Below, piece by piece: positions 1 to 9,480 of a stretch of DNA of 32,000 nt; the first letter of the stretch is position 1, and the number at the start of each line of letters is the position of its first letter. The notes beneath the pieces are model-generated. The model was not told the DNA's origin, ran no database searches, and saw only the letters and a program-made list of their open reading frames with translations. The position numbers were made by a program, and so were the translations under genes. The DNA is from Dickeya dadantii NCPPB 898 (lineage in GTDB: Bacteria > Pseudomonadota > Gammaproteobacteria > Enterobacterales > Enterobacteriaceae): positions 1,330,729 to 1,362,728 of the forward strand of contig NZ_CM001976.1 of NCBI RefSeq assembly GCF_000406145.1. The letters run 5' to 3'.

Positions 1-20
1 CGAAGCGAGACAACAGCGCA
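1..20 (+). repeat. 20-bp direct repeat, copy 1 (CGAAGCGAGACAACAGCGCA)
   Basis: Identical 20/20 to 172..191. It is cut by the window edge, so the true repeat may be longer. Confidence 0.8.
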
Positions 21-45
21 CAGCGCTGGCCCGAAGGGCGAGGCC

Positions 46-75
46 GCAGGCCGAGTCATCCTGCACGACCCACCA
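46..75 (+). other. tRNA-Lys 3'-end-like fragment (T-stem, acceptor strand, CCA); not an intact tRNA
   Basis: 60..75 CCTGCACGACCCACCA matches the last 16 nt of E. coli tRNA-Lys(UUU) as I recall it. It is preceded by GCAGG (46..50), but the loop is a non-canonical 9 nt (CCGAGTCAT). No complementary 5' acceptor strand or D/anticodon arms lie upstream. Confidence 0.45.
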
Positions 76-171
76 CCGCTAAATAAATCACTCTCCTTTA
101 ATTTCGCTCCCTGTTATTCCAGACATTACGCTGTCGTGCAGGTGAGAAGCTGCGTTCAGGTTCGAGCCGAG

Positions 172-191
172 CGAAGCGAGACAACAGCGCA
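172..191 (+). repeat. 20-bp direct repeat, copy 2
   Basis: Identical to 1..20. The flanks diverge immediately downstream (C at 21 versus T at 192). Confidence 0.8.
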
Positions 192-347
192 TCATTTCCT
201 CATGTAGGTTTTGTTATATCTCTTTTTGCTTTAACCCGGTTTAATCACACCGCCGCATTTGGCGTATAGTAAGGGCTTCTTTTTTGACTGATGGTGATTC
301 CCTTCGCAATCTGGCAGGTCGAAGGGTGAGCCTTAAGAGATATATTG

Positions 348-1067
348 ATGATGATTGGTCCGGTTATCAATGGCGCCGCCATTCTGATTGGCGGCGCATT
401 GGGCGTGGCGCTGCACCGCTTTATTCCTCAGCGTATGCGTGATGGTTTACCGCCCGCGTTCGCTATGGTGTCGATCGCCATGGGGATGACACTGGTGGTG
501 AAAGTTCACCAGCTTCCTGCGGTTGCGCTGGCGATTATTCTGGGGGTGGGGATCGGCGAGTTGCTGCGTCTTGAAGCCGGCGTGCAGAAAGGGGCGATAC
601 TGATTGAGCGCTTGCTGAGCCGGGTTGTGCCGCCGCCGGAACACAAGTTACCACAGGATGTGTATACCCAGAACTTTACCGCGCTGATTGTGTTGTTCTG
701 CGCCAGCGGCACCGGTGTGGTCGGCGCGATGACCGAAGGGCTGACCGGCGATTATCAACTGCTAATCATCAAGTCGGCGCTCGACATTTTTACGGCGCTG
801 ATTTTCGCCATCACGCTGGGCGTCGCGGTGATGTCGATTGCCGTTCCGCAGTTTCTGGTGCAGACGCTGCTGTTTTTCTCCGCCAGGCTCATCATGCCGT
901 TCATGAATGACATCACCATGGGGGATTTTGCAGCGTGCGGCGGCATTGTGATGATGGCTGTCGGGTTGCGTATCGCCCAGATCAAAACCTTCGCCGTGGT
1001 TAACTTTCTGCCGGCGTTAGTGCTGATTATCCCTTTCTCCCTTTACTGGCATCGCCTGTTTCCCTGA
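348..1067 (+). CDS. DUF554 family inner-membrane protein (YqgA-like)
   Basis: The ORF is hydrophobic throughout. Motifs IVLFCASGTGVVGAMTEGLTGD and FLPALVL align with E. coli YqgA as recalled. The track start at 345 is TTG; ATGs follow at 348 and 351, after AAGAGA. Confidence 0.8.
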   Translation: MMIGPVINGAAILIGGALGVALHRFIPQRMRDGLPPAFAMVSIAMGMTLVVKVHQLPAVALAIILGVGIGELLRLEAGVQKGAILIERLLSRVVPPPEHKLPQDVYTQNFTALIVLFCASGTGVVGAMTEGLTGDYQLLIIKSALDIFTALIFAITLGVAVMSIAVPQFLVQTLLFFSARLIMPFMNDITMGDFAACGGIVMMAVGLRIAQIKTFAVVNFLPALVLIIPFSLYWHRLFP

Positions 1068-1200
1068 TCATCTCGCGGGCGGTTTGTTCAGGCCGCCTTG
1101 CATTCAGTGGTATCGTATTTTTAATAAATTAAACACATTTGGCATTTCTGAAATTTCTAACTAAAGAAATAGCAGATTTCATGACGACTTTGCGATATTT

Positions 1201-1218
1201 TGTTTAGTATGTAAAACA
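1201..1218 (+). promoter_or_regulatory. Candidate NadR operator upstream of nadA (TGTTTAGTATGTAAAACA)
   Basis: Imperfect inverted repeat with TGTTT/AAACA arms, ~50 nt upstream of nadA. It resembles the TGTTTA...TAAACA NAD box. Spacing versus the consensus was not verified. Confidence 0.4.
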
Positions 1219-1267
1219 AATGATCCGGTAATGATATTGCCTGGACGCCTGCAACCGCACGGAACCC

Positions 1268-2317
1268 ATGATGAGCCTGTTTCCCGAACCACCTGTTATC
1301 GATTACCCTTTTCCCGCAAAGCCCAGGCGGCTATCCGAAGGGGAAAAGCAACAGCTCCGTCACCGTATTAAAAGCCTGCTGAAAGAGCGCAATGCGGTGC
1401 TGGTGGCGCACTATTACACCGACCCGGAGATTCAGTCGCTTGCCGAAGAGACCGGCGGCTGTGTGGCGGATTCGCTGGAAATGGCGCGTTTCGGCCGCAC
1501 CCATTCCGCCGGTACGTTGCTCGTTGCCGGCGTCAGGTTTATGGGAGAAACGGCCAAGATACTCAACCCAGAGAAGACCGTGCTGATGCCGACGCTGCAA
1601 GCGGAATGCTCGCTGGATTTGGGCTGCCCGGTTGAAGCGTTCAGCGCCTTTTGCGATAGCCATCCTGATCGCACCGTAGTGGTATATGCCAACACGTCGG
1701 CGGCGGTTAAAGCCCGGGCGGACTGGGTGGTGACGTCCAGCATTGCCGTGGAGCTGATCGAACATCTGGACAGTCTGGGGGAAAAGATTATCTGGGCGCC
1801 GGACCGTCATCTTGGGCACTACGTGCAAAAACAGACCGGCGCCGACGTGCTGTGCTGGCAGGGGGCTTGCATTGTGCATGACGAATTCAAGACCCAGGCG
1901 CTGAAACGCATGAAAGCGCTGTATCCGCAGGCGGCGGTGCTGGTTCATCCGGAGTCGCCTCAAAGCATCGTGGCGATGGCGGATGCCGTGGGCTCGACCA
2001 GCCAGTTGATTCAGGCAGCGCAGCAGCTACCGCACCGTGAGCTCATTGTGGCGACCGATCGCGGTATCTTCTACAAGATGCAGCAAGCCTGCCCGGATAA
2101 AGTGTTGCTGGAGGCGCCTACCGCAGGGGAAGGGGCGACCTGCCGCAGCTGCGCGCATTGTCCGTGGATGGCGATGAACGGGCTACAGGCGATTGCCTCG
2201 GCGCTGGAGCAGCCGGATACGCTCCATCATGCCATCGAGGTGGATGCCGATGTTCGTGAGCGTGCGCTGGTGCCGCTCAATCGGATGCTGGATTTCGCTG
2301 CTAAACTCAGTTCATAG
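1268..2317 (+). CDS. nadA: Quinolinate synthase A
   Basis: 349 aa. Near-colinear with E. coli NadA ([44 protein letters not shown]). Confidence 0.97.
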   Translation: MMSLFPEPPVIDYPFPAKPRRLSEGEKQQLRHRIKSLLKERNAVLVAHYYTDPEIQSLAEETGGCVADSLEMARFGRTHSAGTLLVAGVRFMGETAKILNPEKTVLMPTLQAECSLDLGCPVEAFSAFCDSHPDRTVVVYANTSAAVKARADWVVTSSIAVELIEHLDSLGEKIIWAPDRHLGHYVQKQTGADVLCWQGACIVHDEFKTQALKRMKALYPQAAVLVHPESPQSIVAMADAVGSTSQLIQAAQQLPHRELIVATDRGIFYKMQQACPDKVLLEAPTAGEGATCRSCAHCPWMAMNGLQAIASALEQPDTLHHAIEVDADVRERALVPLNRMLDFAAKLSS

Positions 2318-2339
2318 TTACTGTCATTCAGGAGTAGAA

Positions 2340-3065
2340 ATGGATTTTTTTAGTACCAGCAATATTCTGGTTCACATCCCGTTAGGGGACAACGGTTATG
2401 ACCTTTCCTGGGTCGAGGCGTTGGGGACGCTATCAGGGTTGGTGTGCATTTGGCTGGCCAGTCTGGAAAGAACCGCAAATTACCTGTTTGGCCTGATCAA
2501 TGTATCGCTGTTTGCACTGATATTCTTCCAGATACAGCTGTATGCCAGCCTGCTGCTACAGATTTTCTTTATTGCTGCCAATGTGTATGGCTGGTACGCC
2601 TGGAGTCGCATCACCGACGAGCAGGAGGCTGAGTTACGGGTCCGCTGGCTCTCGCGTCGGCAAGCGCTGTGGTGGGGCGCCGGGTGCGTGATAGCCATTG
2701 TGTTGATGTCGCGCTATATCGACCCGTTTTTTGCCTTGCTGAGCCGGATTACGGTGACGCTGATGCAGGCTGTCGGTTTGGATGTGACGATGCCGACATT
2801 ACAGCCGGACGCTTTTCCATTCTGGGATTCGGCCATGACGGTATTGTCGGTGGCGGCCATGCTGCTAATGACCCGCAAATATGTGGAAAACTGGCTGCTG
2901 TGGGTGGTGATCGACATTATCAGCGTGGTGATTTTCGCTTATCAGGGCGTCTATGCCATGTCGTTGCAGTACGTGGTGCTGACGCTGATCGCCTTTAACG
3001 GTTCCTGGCTGTGGATTAAAGGCGCCCGGGATAATCACTCGCGGCCGCTGGCGCGAGCGCTATAA
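2340..3065 (+). CDS. pnuC: Nicotinamide riboside transporter PnuC
   Basis: MDFFSTSNILVHIPLG... aligns with the E. coli PnuC N-terminus. AGGAG lies at 2331..2335. The track ORF start at 2193 is an upstream extension that overlaps nadA. Confidence 0.95.
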   Translation: MDFFSTSNILVHIPLGDNGYDLSWVEALGTLSGLVCIWLASLERTANYLFGLINVSLFALIFFQIQLYASLLLQIFFIAANVYGWYAWSRITDEQEAELRVRWLSRRQALWWGAGCVIAIVLMSRYIDPFFALLSRITVTLMQAVGLDVTMPTLQPDAFPFWDSAMTVLSVAAMLLMTRKYVENWLLWVVIDIISVVIFAYQGVYAMSLQYVVLTLIAFNGSWLWIKGARDNHSRPLARAL

Positions 3066-3072
3066 GAACGTC

Positions 3073-3104
3073 GGTTCGCGTTGTCCCGACAGGCGGCGCG
3101 AACC
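3073..3104. terminator. Hairpin between convergent pnuC and zitB (GGTTCGCG-N16-CGCGAACC)
   Basis: 8-bp perfect stem with no clear U-tract. Its position between convergent genes suggests a terminator role. Confidence 0.3.
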
Positions 3105-3111
3105 TGCGTGG

Positions 3112-4047
3112 TCAATGCGAATGGCTATGTGGCTGGTCGCCGGCCTGATACTGAATATCGCAGTGGTCGTCATCGCACGGCTGATACTCAATCTGGATCG
3201 TGGTATGGGCAATTTGATAATGATCCAACAGATAGTGCTGGATACGCTGCAACAACGCATCGTGGTCGTGTGGCGGAATGACCTGGGCATGCAGTGTCAT
3301 CAGCGGCTTTTCACCTACCTGCCATAAGTGGACATGGTGCACATTGCGTATTTCCGGGATATCCGCGGTCAGTTTTCTTTTCAGTTGGTCGACATTGATG
3401 CGGGTAGGCGTACCCTCCAGCAATTCATGCACACTCTCTTTCATCAGCCGCCAGGCGCTGCGCAGCACCAGTATCGAGACTAATACCGACAGGATCGGGT
3501 CAATCGGGGTCCAGCCGGTAAACATGATAATTAGCGCGGCGCCGATAGCGCCCACTGAACCCAGCAGGTCGCCCATGACATGCAGCGCCGCCGCCCGCAC
3601 GTTGATATTCTTTTCGCCGCTGCCGCGATGCAATAGCCACAGCGCCACCAGATTGGCAATCAGGCCGCCGACGGCAATCAGCAACATCGGCGTGCTGGCG
3701 ATTGGCTGCGGGGTATAAAAACGTTGCGCTGCTTCCCAAACGATAAACCCGGTAATCGCCAGCAGGGCTATGGCGTTGACGAACGCGGCCAGGGTGGTCA
3801 GGCGCACATAGCCGAAGGTGTGTCGGACGGTCGGTTTACGCTGGGCGAAGCGGACGGCCAGCAGCGCCACCAGCAAGGCAACCGCGTCGGTCAGCATGTG
3901 ACCGGCATCCGCCAGCAACGCCAGCGATCCGGACAATACCCCGCCGACCGCTTCGGCGAGCATAAAGGTGGCGGTAATGACGAAGGCCAGTTTCAGGCGC
4001 TTGATGCTGTCGTGTTCGGCCTGGTTGGCCGGGTGTGAATGAGCCAT
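3112..4047 (-). CDS. zitB: Zn(II) cation-diffusion-facilitator efflux transporter ZitB
   Basis: Start MAHSHPANQ matches E. coli Zit[18 protein letters not shown] and [12 protein letters not shown] motifs are present, with a His-rich C-terminus. The track start at 4110 is an upstream extension. Confidence 0.92.
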   Translation of the reverse strand: MAHSHPANQAEHDSIKRLKLAFVITATFMLAEAVGGVLSGSLALLADAGHMLTDAVALLVALLAVRFAQRKPTVRHTFGYVRLTTLAAFVNAIALLAITGFIVWEAAQRFYTPQPIASTPMLLIAVGGLIANLVALWLLHRGSGEKNINVRAAALHVMGDLLGSVGAIGAALIIMFTGWTPIDPILSVLVSILVLRSAWRLMKESVHELLEGTPTRINVDQLKRKLTADIPEIRNVHHVHLWQVGEKPLMTLHAQVIPPHDHDALLQRIQHYLLDHYQIAHTTIQIEYQPCDDDHCDIQYQAGDQPHSHSH

Positions 4048-4319
4048 GGCATATCCTGTATCAGGTTGATTAATTAGGCGTAACGCCGTCCTGTCCGGTC
4101 GAAGGATCACTGGCTGACGCCTGTGGTCGACATGACCGAACCGCTCCCAGAGCCGATGACTACAGTAGTAAAAACACGTGGGTATTATTGCGCCATTTTT
4201 TAGCCGCTTGACTTATAATAGCCAGCCTGCAATATGAACGACGACGTTTTTATTTTTTCGTTTTTTACTCCGGGCAGACAGGGGATGATCGTCTGTTGCT
4301 GCGGAGACATGGACCCATT

Positions 4320-5372
4320 ATGAATTACCAGAATGACGATTTGAGAATTAAAGAAATTAAAGAGTTACTTCCCCCCGTTGCGCTGCTGGAAAAATTTCCG
4401 GCCACTGAGCACGCAGCACAGACCGTATTTAATGCCCGCAGCGCCATTCACAAGATCCTGAAAGGCAATGACGACCGCCTGCTGGTGGTGATTGGGCCGT
4501 GTTCCATCCATGATCCCAAAGCGGCCAAAGAGTACGCAGCACGCTTGCTGAAACTGCGTGACGAACTGCGTGACGATTTGGAAGTGGTAATGCGCGTCTA
4601 TTTTGAAAAGCCGCGTACCACCGTAGGTTGGAAAGGGCTGATCAACGATCCGCACATGGATAACAGCTTCCAGATTAACGACGGCCTGCGCATTGCGCGT
4701 CAGCTGTTGCTGGAAATCAACGACACCGGTTTGCCGGCGGCGGGTGAGTTCCTGGATATGATCTCGCCGCAATACGTGGCGGATTTGATGAGCTGGGGCG
4801 CGATCGGCGCACGCACCACCGAATCTCAGGTGCATCGCGAACTGGCGTCCGGCCTGTCCTGCCCGGTTGGTTTCAAGAACGGTACCGACGGCACCATCAA
4901 GGTAGCGATTGACGCCATCAATGCCGCTCGTGCGCCGCACTGCTTCCTGTCGGTGACCAAGTGGGGCCATTCGGCGATCGTCAACACCAGCGGCAACCAT
5001 GACTGCCATATCATTCTGCGCGGCGGCAAAGAGCCGAACTACAGCGCGGAACATGTGCAGGCGGTGAAAGTCGGTCTGGAAAAAGCCGGTCTGCCGACGC
5101 AGGTGATGATCGACTTCAGTCACGCCAACAGCTGCAAGCAGTTCAAAAAGCAGATGGATGTATGCGAAGACGTATGCCGTCAAATCAGCGGCGGCGAGCG
5201 GTCGATCATGGGCGTTATGGTGGAAAGCCATCTGGTGGAAGGCAACCAGAATCTGGAGAGCGGCGAACCGCTGGTATACGGTAAGAGCGTCACCGACGCC
5301 TGCATCGGCTGGGATGATACCGACAGCCTGCTGCGCCAGCTGGCGGCGGCGGTGCGTCAGCGTCGCGGCTGA
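4320..5372 (+). CDS. aroG: Phe-sensitive DAHP synthase
   Basis: MNYQNDDLRIKEIKELLPPVALLEKFPATE is almost identical to E. coli AroG. 350 aa. The track start at 4296 is an extension. Confidence 0.97.
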   Translation: MNYQNDDLRIKEIKELLPPVALLEKFPATEHAAQTVFNARSAIHKILKGNDDRLLVVIGPCSIHDPKAAKEYAARLLKLRDELRDDLEVVMRVYFEKPRTTVGWKGLINDPHMDNSFQINDGLRIARQLLLEINDTGLPAAGEFLDMISPQYVADLMSWGAIGARTTESQVHRELASGLSCPVGFKNGTDGTIKVAIDAINAARAPHCFLSVTKWGHSAIVNTSGNHDCHIILRGGKEPNYSAEHVQAVKVGLEKAGLPTQVMIDFSHANSCKQFKKQMDVCEDVCRQISGGERSIMGVMVESHLVEGNQNLESGEPLVYGKSVTDACIGWDDTDSLLRQLAAAVRQRRG

Positions 5373-5390
5373 AGCCCTTGTCGCACTCAT

Positions 5391-5425
5391 AAAAAAACCC
5401 GGTTTGAACCGGGTTTTTTCTTTTT
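5391..5425. terminator. Bidirectional rho-independent terminator (aroG / gpmA)
   Basis: AAAAAAACCCGG-TTTGAA-CCGGGTTTTTTCTTTTT: a GC stem flanked by an A-run and a T-run, between convergent genes. Confidence 0.85.
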
Positions 5426-5446
5426 ATACCAGATACATCAACCGAA

Positions 5447-6199
5447 TTACTTCGCTTTACCCTGGTTGGCTACCGCCGCTGCCTTGGCAGCGATCTCGTC
5501 GGCGTTACCCAGATAGTAGCGTTTGATAGGTTTGAAGTTTTCGTCGAATTCGTAGACCAGCGGTACCGCCGTCGGGATATTCAGCTCCAGAATTTCTTCT
5601 TCGCCCATGTTATCCAGGTATTTCACCAGCGCACGCAGCGAGTTACCGTGAGCGGCGATGATCACGCGCTCACCTTTTTTCAGGCGCGGCAGAATGCTTT
5701 CGTTCCAGTACGGCACCACACGTTCGATGGTCAGCGCCAGACTTTCGGTCAGCGGCAGCTCTTTGTCGCTCAGCGACGCGTAGCGCGGATCGTGGCCCGG
5801 GAAACGCTCGTCGTCACGGGTCAGTTCCGGCGGGGTGACCGCGAAGCCGCGACGCCACAGTTTCACCTGCTCGTCACCGTATTTTTCAGCGGTTTCCGCT
5901 TTGTTCAGGCCCTGCAACGCGCCGTAGTGACGCTCGTTCAGTTTCCAGCATTTTTCCACCGGCAGCCAGGCTTGATCCAGCTCGTCCAGCACGTTCCACA
6001 GGGTGTGAATGGCACGTTTCAGCACAGAGGTGTAGGCAAAATCAAAGCTGAAACCTTCTTCTTTCAGCAGTTTACCAGCCTGTTTGGCTTCGTTGACGCC
6101 TTTTTCGGACAGATCAACGTCCATCCAGCCGGTGAAGCGGTTTTCGTTGTTCCACTGGCTCTCACCATGTCGCACCAGTACCAGCTTAGTTACAGCCAT
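5447..6199 (-). CDS. gpmA: 2,3-bisphosphoglycerate-dependent phosphoglycerate mutase
   Basis: [25 protein letters not shown]... 250 aa, colinear with E. coli GpmA. Confidence 0.97.
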   Translation of the reverse strand: MAVTKLVLVRHGESQWNNENRFTGWMDVDLSEKGVNEAKQAGKLLKEEGFSFDFAYTSVLKRAIHTLWNVLDELDQAWLPVEKCWKLNERHYGALQGLNKAETAEKYGDEQVKLWRRGFAVTPPELTRDDERFPGHDPRYASLSDKELPLTESLALTIERVVPYWNESILPRLKKGERVIIAAHGNSLRALVKYLDNMGEEEILELNIPTAVPLVYEFDENFKPIKRYYLGNADEIAAKAAAVANQGKAK

Positions 6200-6231
6200 A
6201 GCTTAACTCCTTCATATACTAAGATTTCTAT

Positions 6232-6274
6232 GATAACTGCTCTCATTATAGGGCCGGAGAGCGGTTATCGGCAA
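6232..6274 (-). promoter_or_regulatory. Candidate gpmA promoter (TTGCCG-18-TATAAT) overlapped by a Fur-box-like sequence
   Basis: On the minus strand, TATAAT lies at 6250..6245 and TTGCCG at 6274..6269. GATAACTGCTCTCATTATA (6232..6250) matches about 12/19 of the Fur consensus GATAATGATAATCATTATC. E. coli gpmA is reported as Fur-regulated. Confidence 0.4.
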
Positions 6275-6342
6275 TCGCTAGTCGTCGGGCCGCCTGATTT
6301 ATATGCCGTCATTATGGCGACAAAACAGGCGGCTTTATCGTT

Positions 6343-9300
6343 TCAGCTTGTCTGTTTCTCCACCTTATTGCGGTGGAGCAACAAAAACAGCGCTGGAATC
6401 ACCAGCATCGACAGCAGCGGCGCGCTGACCATGCCGCCGACCATCGGCGCGGCGATACGTTGCATGATTTCCGAACCGGTGCCGCCGCCCCACATGATCG
6501 GCAACAGCCCGGCCATAATAGTGGCGACGGTCATCATTTTCGGGCGCACGCGCAACACCGCGCCTTCGCGGATGGCGGCCGTCAATTGATCGTCGGTCAG
6601 CGGTTGCCCCGGCTGGCGGTGTTTTTCCACCGCGTGATTCAGGTACAGCAGCATGATCACGCCAAACTCCGCCGCCACCCCGGCCAGCGCGATGAATCCC
6701 ACCGCACCGGCGACAGATAAATTATAGCCGAGCAGATACAACAGCCAGACGCCGCCGATCAGCGCAAACGGTAGTGTACCCATAATCAGCAGCGCGTCTT
6801 TGATCTGACCGAAAGTCATGTACAGCAAGATGAAAATAATCAGCAGGGTGAAGGGCACCACCAGCTTCATGGTTTCCGTGGCGCGCTCCAGATACTCGAA
6901 CTGGCCGGACCAACTGACCGAGATGCCCTGCGGCAACGTGACCTGCTGCGCCACCTGGCGTTGCATCTCCTCCACGGCGGATTTCAGGTCGCGCCCGCGC
7001 AGGTCGACATAAATCCAGTCGGACAGACGGCCGTTTTCGCTTTTCAACATCGGCGGTCCTTCGCTGACGCGCACATCGGCCAGATCGGACAGCGTCAGGC
7101 GTGCGCCGCTCTGCGTCACCACCGGCAGATTTTTCACCGCGTCTACCGAGTCCCGAATTTCGCGCGGGTAACGCACGTTGATCGGGTAGCGCTGGCGGCC
7201 TTCCAGCGTTTCGCCGATATTTTCCCCGCCGATCAGGGTAGCGACCATCGACTGCAACTCCTGCACCGACACGCCATAGCGGGCGGCTCGCCGCCGGTCG
7301 ATATCGATATCGATATAGCGCCCGCCCGCCAGCCGTTCCGCCAGCGCCGACGTCACGCCGGGCACGCGCTTCACCACCTGCTCGATTTGCGCCGCTATTT
7401 GTTCGATATCATGCAGATTGTCGCCGTTCACCTTGATGCCGACCGGGCTTTTGATGCCGGTCGCCAGCATGTCGAGCCGGTTGCGGATCGGCGGCACCCA
7501 CACATTGGCGATGCCGGGAAGGCTGACGGTCTGGTCCAGCTCGGCGATCAGTTTGTCCATGGTCATGCCCGGCCGCCACTGTTCCCGTGGTTTCAAACGG
7601 ATGGTGGTTTCCAGCATGGTCAGCGGCGCCGGGTCGGTGGCGCTGTCGGCGCGGCCTGCCTTGCCGAACACGCTATCCACTTCCGGCACGGTTTTGATCA
7701 GCCGGTCGGTCTGTTGCAACAGTCGGGCGGCCTCGCGCGGCGAAATGCCGGGCAGGGTGGACGGCATATACAGCAGGTCGCCTTCGTCCAGCGGCGGCAT
7801 GAATTCGCTGCCGAGACGGGCGAGCGGGAACAACGTCAACACCAGCAACGCCAGTGAAACCGCCAGCGTGGTTTTGGGAAACCGCAGCACCTGCCGTAAT
7901 ACCGGTTGATACAGGGCGATCAGCCAGCGGTTTAGGGGGTTGGCCTGTTCGTCGGGAATGCGGCCACGCACGAAATAGCCCATCAGTACCGGCACCAGCG
8001 TGATCCCCAGACCGGCGGACACCGCCATCGCGTAGGTTTTGGTGAACGCCAGCGGCGAGAACATGCGGCCTTCCTGCGCTTCCAGCGAGAACACCGGAAT
8101 AAACGACAGCGTGATGATCAGCAGGCTACAGAATAGCGCCGGTCCTACTTCCGTCGCCGCCTGGGTGGCAAGCTGCCACCAGGTAGCGTTATCCGGCTCA
8201 CGGTCCGGGTGTTGATGTCGCCACTGTTCGATCACTTTGTGCATGTTCTCGATCATCACAATAGCGGCGTCCACCATGGCGCCGATAGCGATGGCGATCC
8301 CGCCCAACGACATAATGTTGGCGTTGATGCCCTGATAACGCATGATGATAAACGCGCCCAGAATCCCCAGCGGCAGGCTGATGATTGCCACCAGTGAGGA
8401 GCGGAAGTGAAACAGGAACAACGAGCATACCAGCGCCACCACCACGAACTCTTCCAGCAATTTGTGGCTGAGGGTGGTGATAGCGCGCTCGATCAGCGGC
8501 GCGCGATCGTAAGTGGTGACGATCTCCACCCCGGCGGGCAGGCTTTGGCGGATCTGCTGCAGGCGGGCATGCACCGCCCGCAACGTCTCCAGCGCGTTTT
8601 TACCGGAGCGCATCACAATAACGCCGCCCGCCACTTCGCCTTCACCGTTAAGCTCGGCAATGCCGCGGCGCATTTCCGGGCCTTGTCGTAAGGTGGCGAC
8701 ATCCTGCAACAGCACCGGAATACCGTCGCGCCGGCCTACCGCTACGTTGAGAAAGTCTTCCGCTTTCAGCAGATATCCGGAGGTGCGCACCATGTACTCG
8801 GCTTCACCCAGCTCGATAACCGAGCCGCCGCTTTCCTGATTGGCCGCCCGCAGCGCGTCGATCACCTGCTGGTGCGTGACGTTGAGGGCGCGCAGCCGTT
8901 CCGGATTCAGTACCACCTGATACTGCCGCACCATGCCGCCGATACTGGCGACTTCCGCCACATTGGGCACGGTTTTCAGCTCATATTTCAGCAGCCAGTC
9001 CTGAATGGCGCGCAAATCCGCCAGATTGTGCCGGCCGCTGCGATCGACCAGTGCGTATTCATAGATCCAACCGACCCCGGTGGCGTCCGGCCCCAGTGAG
9101 GCTTTCGCCTCAGTGGGCAGGGTGGATTGTACCTGACTCAGGTATTCCAGTACGCGAGAGCGCGCCCAGTACGGGTCGGTACCATCCTCAAACAAGACGT
9201 AGACGTAGGCGTCGCCAAACATGGAAAAGCCGCGCACGGTCCTGGCGCCGGGCACCGACAGCATGGTGGTGGTCAGCGGATAGGTAACCTGATTTTCCAC

Positions 9301-9480
9301 CACCTGTGGCGCCTTGCCGGGATAGCTGACGCGGATGATCACCTGGACGTCGGAGAGATCCGGCAGCGCATCCAACGGTGTTTTTTGCAGCGAAATTACC
9401 CCCCAACCGGCCATCAACAGCGTGGCGATCAGTACCAGAAAACGGTTTTTGATTGACCATCGAATCACCGCAGCAATCAT
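6343..9480 (-). CDS. cusA: Cu(I)/Ag(I) heavy-metal efflux RND pump, CusA family
   Basis: 1045 aa, colinear with E. coli CusA. Contexts of the three-Met site are conserved ([35 protein letters not shown]). Its start overlaps the cusB stop in ATGA (9477..9480). Confidence 0.93.
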   Translation of the reverse strand: MIAAVIRWSIKNRFLVLIATLLMAGWGVISLQKTPLDALPDLSDVQVIIRVSYPGKAPQVVENQVTYPLTTTMLSVPGARTVRGFSMFGDAYVYVLFEDGTDPYWARSRVLEYLSQVQSTLPTEAKASLGPDATGVGWIYEYALVDRSGRHNLADLRAIQDWLLKYELKTVPNVAEVASIGGMVRQYQVVLNPERLRALNVTHQQVIDALRAANQESGGSVIELGEAEYMVRTSGYLLKAEDFLNVAVGRRDGIPVLLQDVATLRQGPEMRRGIAELNGEGEVAGGVIVMRSGKNALETLRAVHARLQQIRQSLPAGVEIVTTYDRAPLIERAITTLSHKLLEEFVVVALVCSLFLFHFRSSLVAIISLPLGILGAFIIMRYQGINANIMSLGGIAIAIGAMVDAAIVMIENMHKVIEQWRHQHPDREPDNATWWQLATQAATEVGPALFCSLLIITLSFIPVFSLEAQEGRMFSPLAFTKTYAMAVSAGLGITLVPVLMGYFVRGRIPDEQANPLNRWLIALYQPVLRQVLRFPKTTLAVSLALLVLTLFPLARLGSEFMPPLDEGDLLYMPSTLPGISPREAARLLQQTDRLIKTVPEVDSVFGKAGRADSATDPAPLTMLETTIRLKPREQWRPGMTMDKLIAELDQTVSLPGIANVWVPPIRNRLDMLATGIKSPVGIKVNGDNLHDIEQIAAQIEQVVKRVPGVTSALAERLAGGRYIDIDIDRRRAARYGVSVQELQSMVATLIGGENIGETLEGRQRYPINVRYPREIRDSVDAVKNLPVVTQSGARLTLSDLADVRVSEGPPMLKSENGRLSDWIYVDLRGRDLKSAVEEMQRQVAQQVTLPQGISVSWSGQFEYLERATETMKLVVPFTLLIIFILLYMTFGQIKDALLIMGTLPFALIGGVWLLYLLGYNLSVAGAVGFIALAGVAAEFGVIMLLYLNHAVEKHRQPGQPLTDDQLTAAIREGAVLRVRPKMMTVATIMAGLLPIMWGGGTGSEIMQRIAAPMVGGMVSAPLLSMLVIPALFLLLHRNKVEKQTS

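Noticed and set aside
1077-1100. Possible terminator after the DUF554 gene (GGCGG...CCGCC)
   Set aside because: It has only a 5-bp stem and no U-tract, which is not convincing.
2193-2339. N-terminal extension of the pnuC ORF overlapping the nadA 3' end
   Set aside because: Homology to PnuC begins exactly at MDFFS (ATG 2340), which is preceded by AGGAG. The extension is just an open frame inside nadA.
4130-4319. Search for a TyrR box (TGTAAA-N6-TTTACA) upstream of aroG
   Set aside because: Only isolated half-site-like strings (AGTAAAAAC, TTTTACTC) are present, with no correctly spaced partner. No feature was reported.
4365-5390. 341-aa ORF antisense to aroG. Similar antisense ORFs: 5648..6589, 6961..7857, 11006..12115, 13518..14570, 15855..16727, 16807..17571, 26714..27520, 29077..30015
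   Set aside because: Each one mirrors a confidently identified gene on the other strand and has an Arg/Gln/His-rich shadow-frame composition. None has an RBS or family motifs that I could see.
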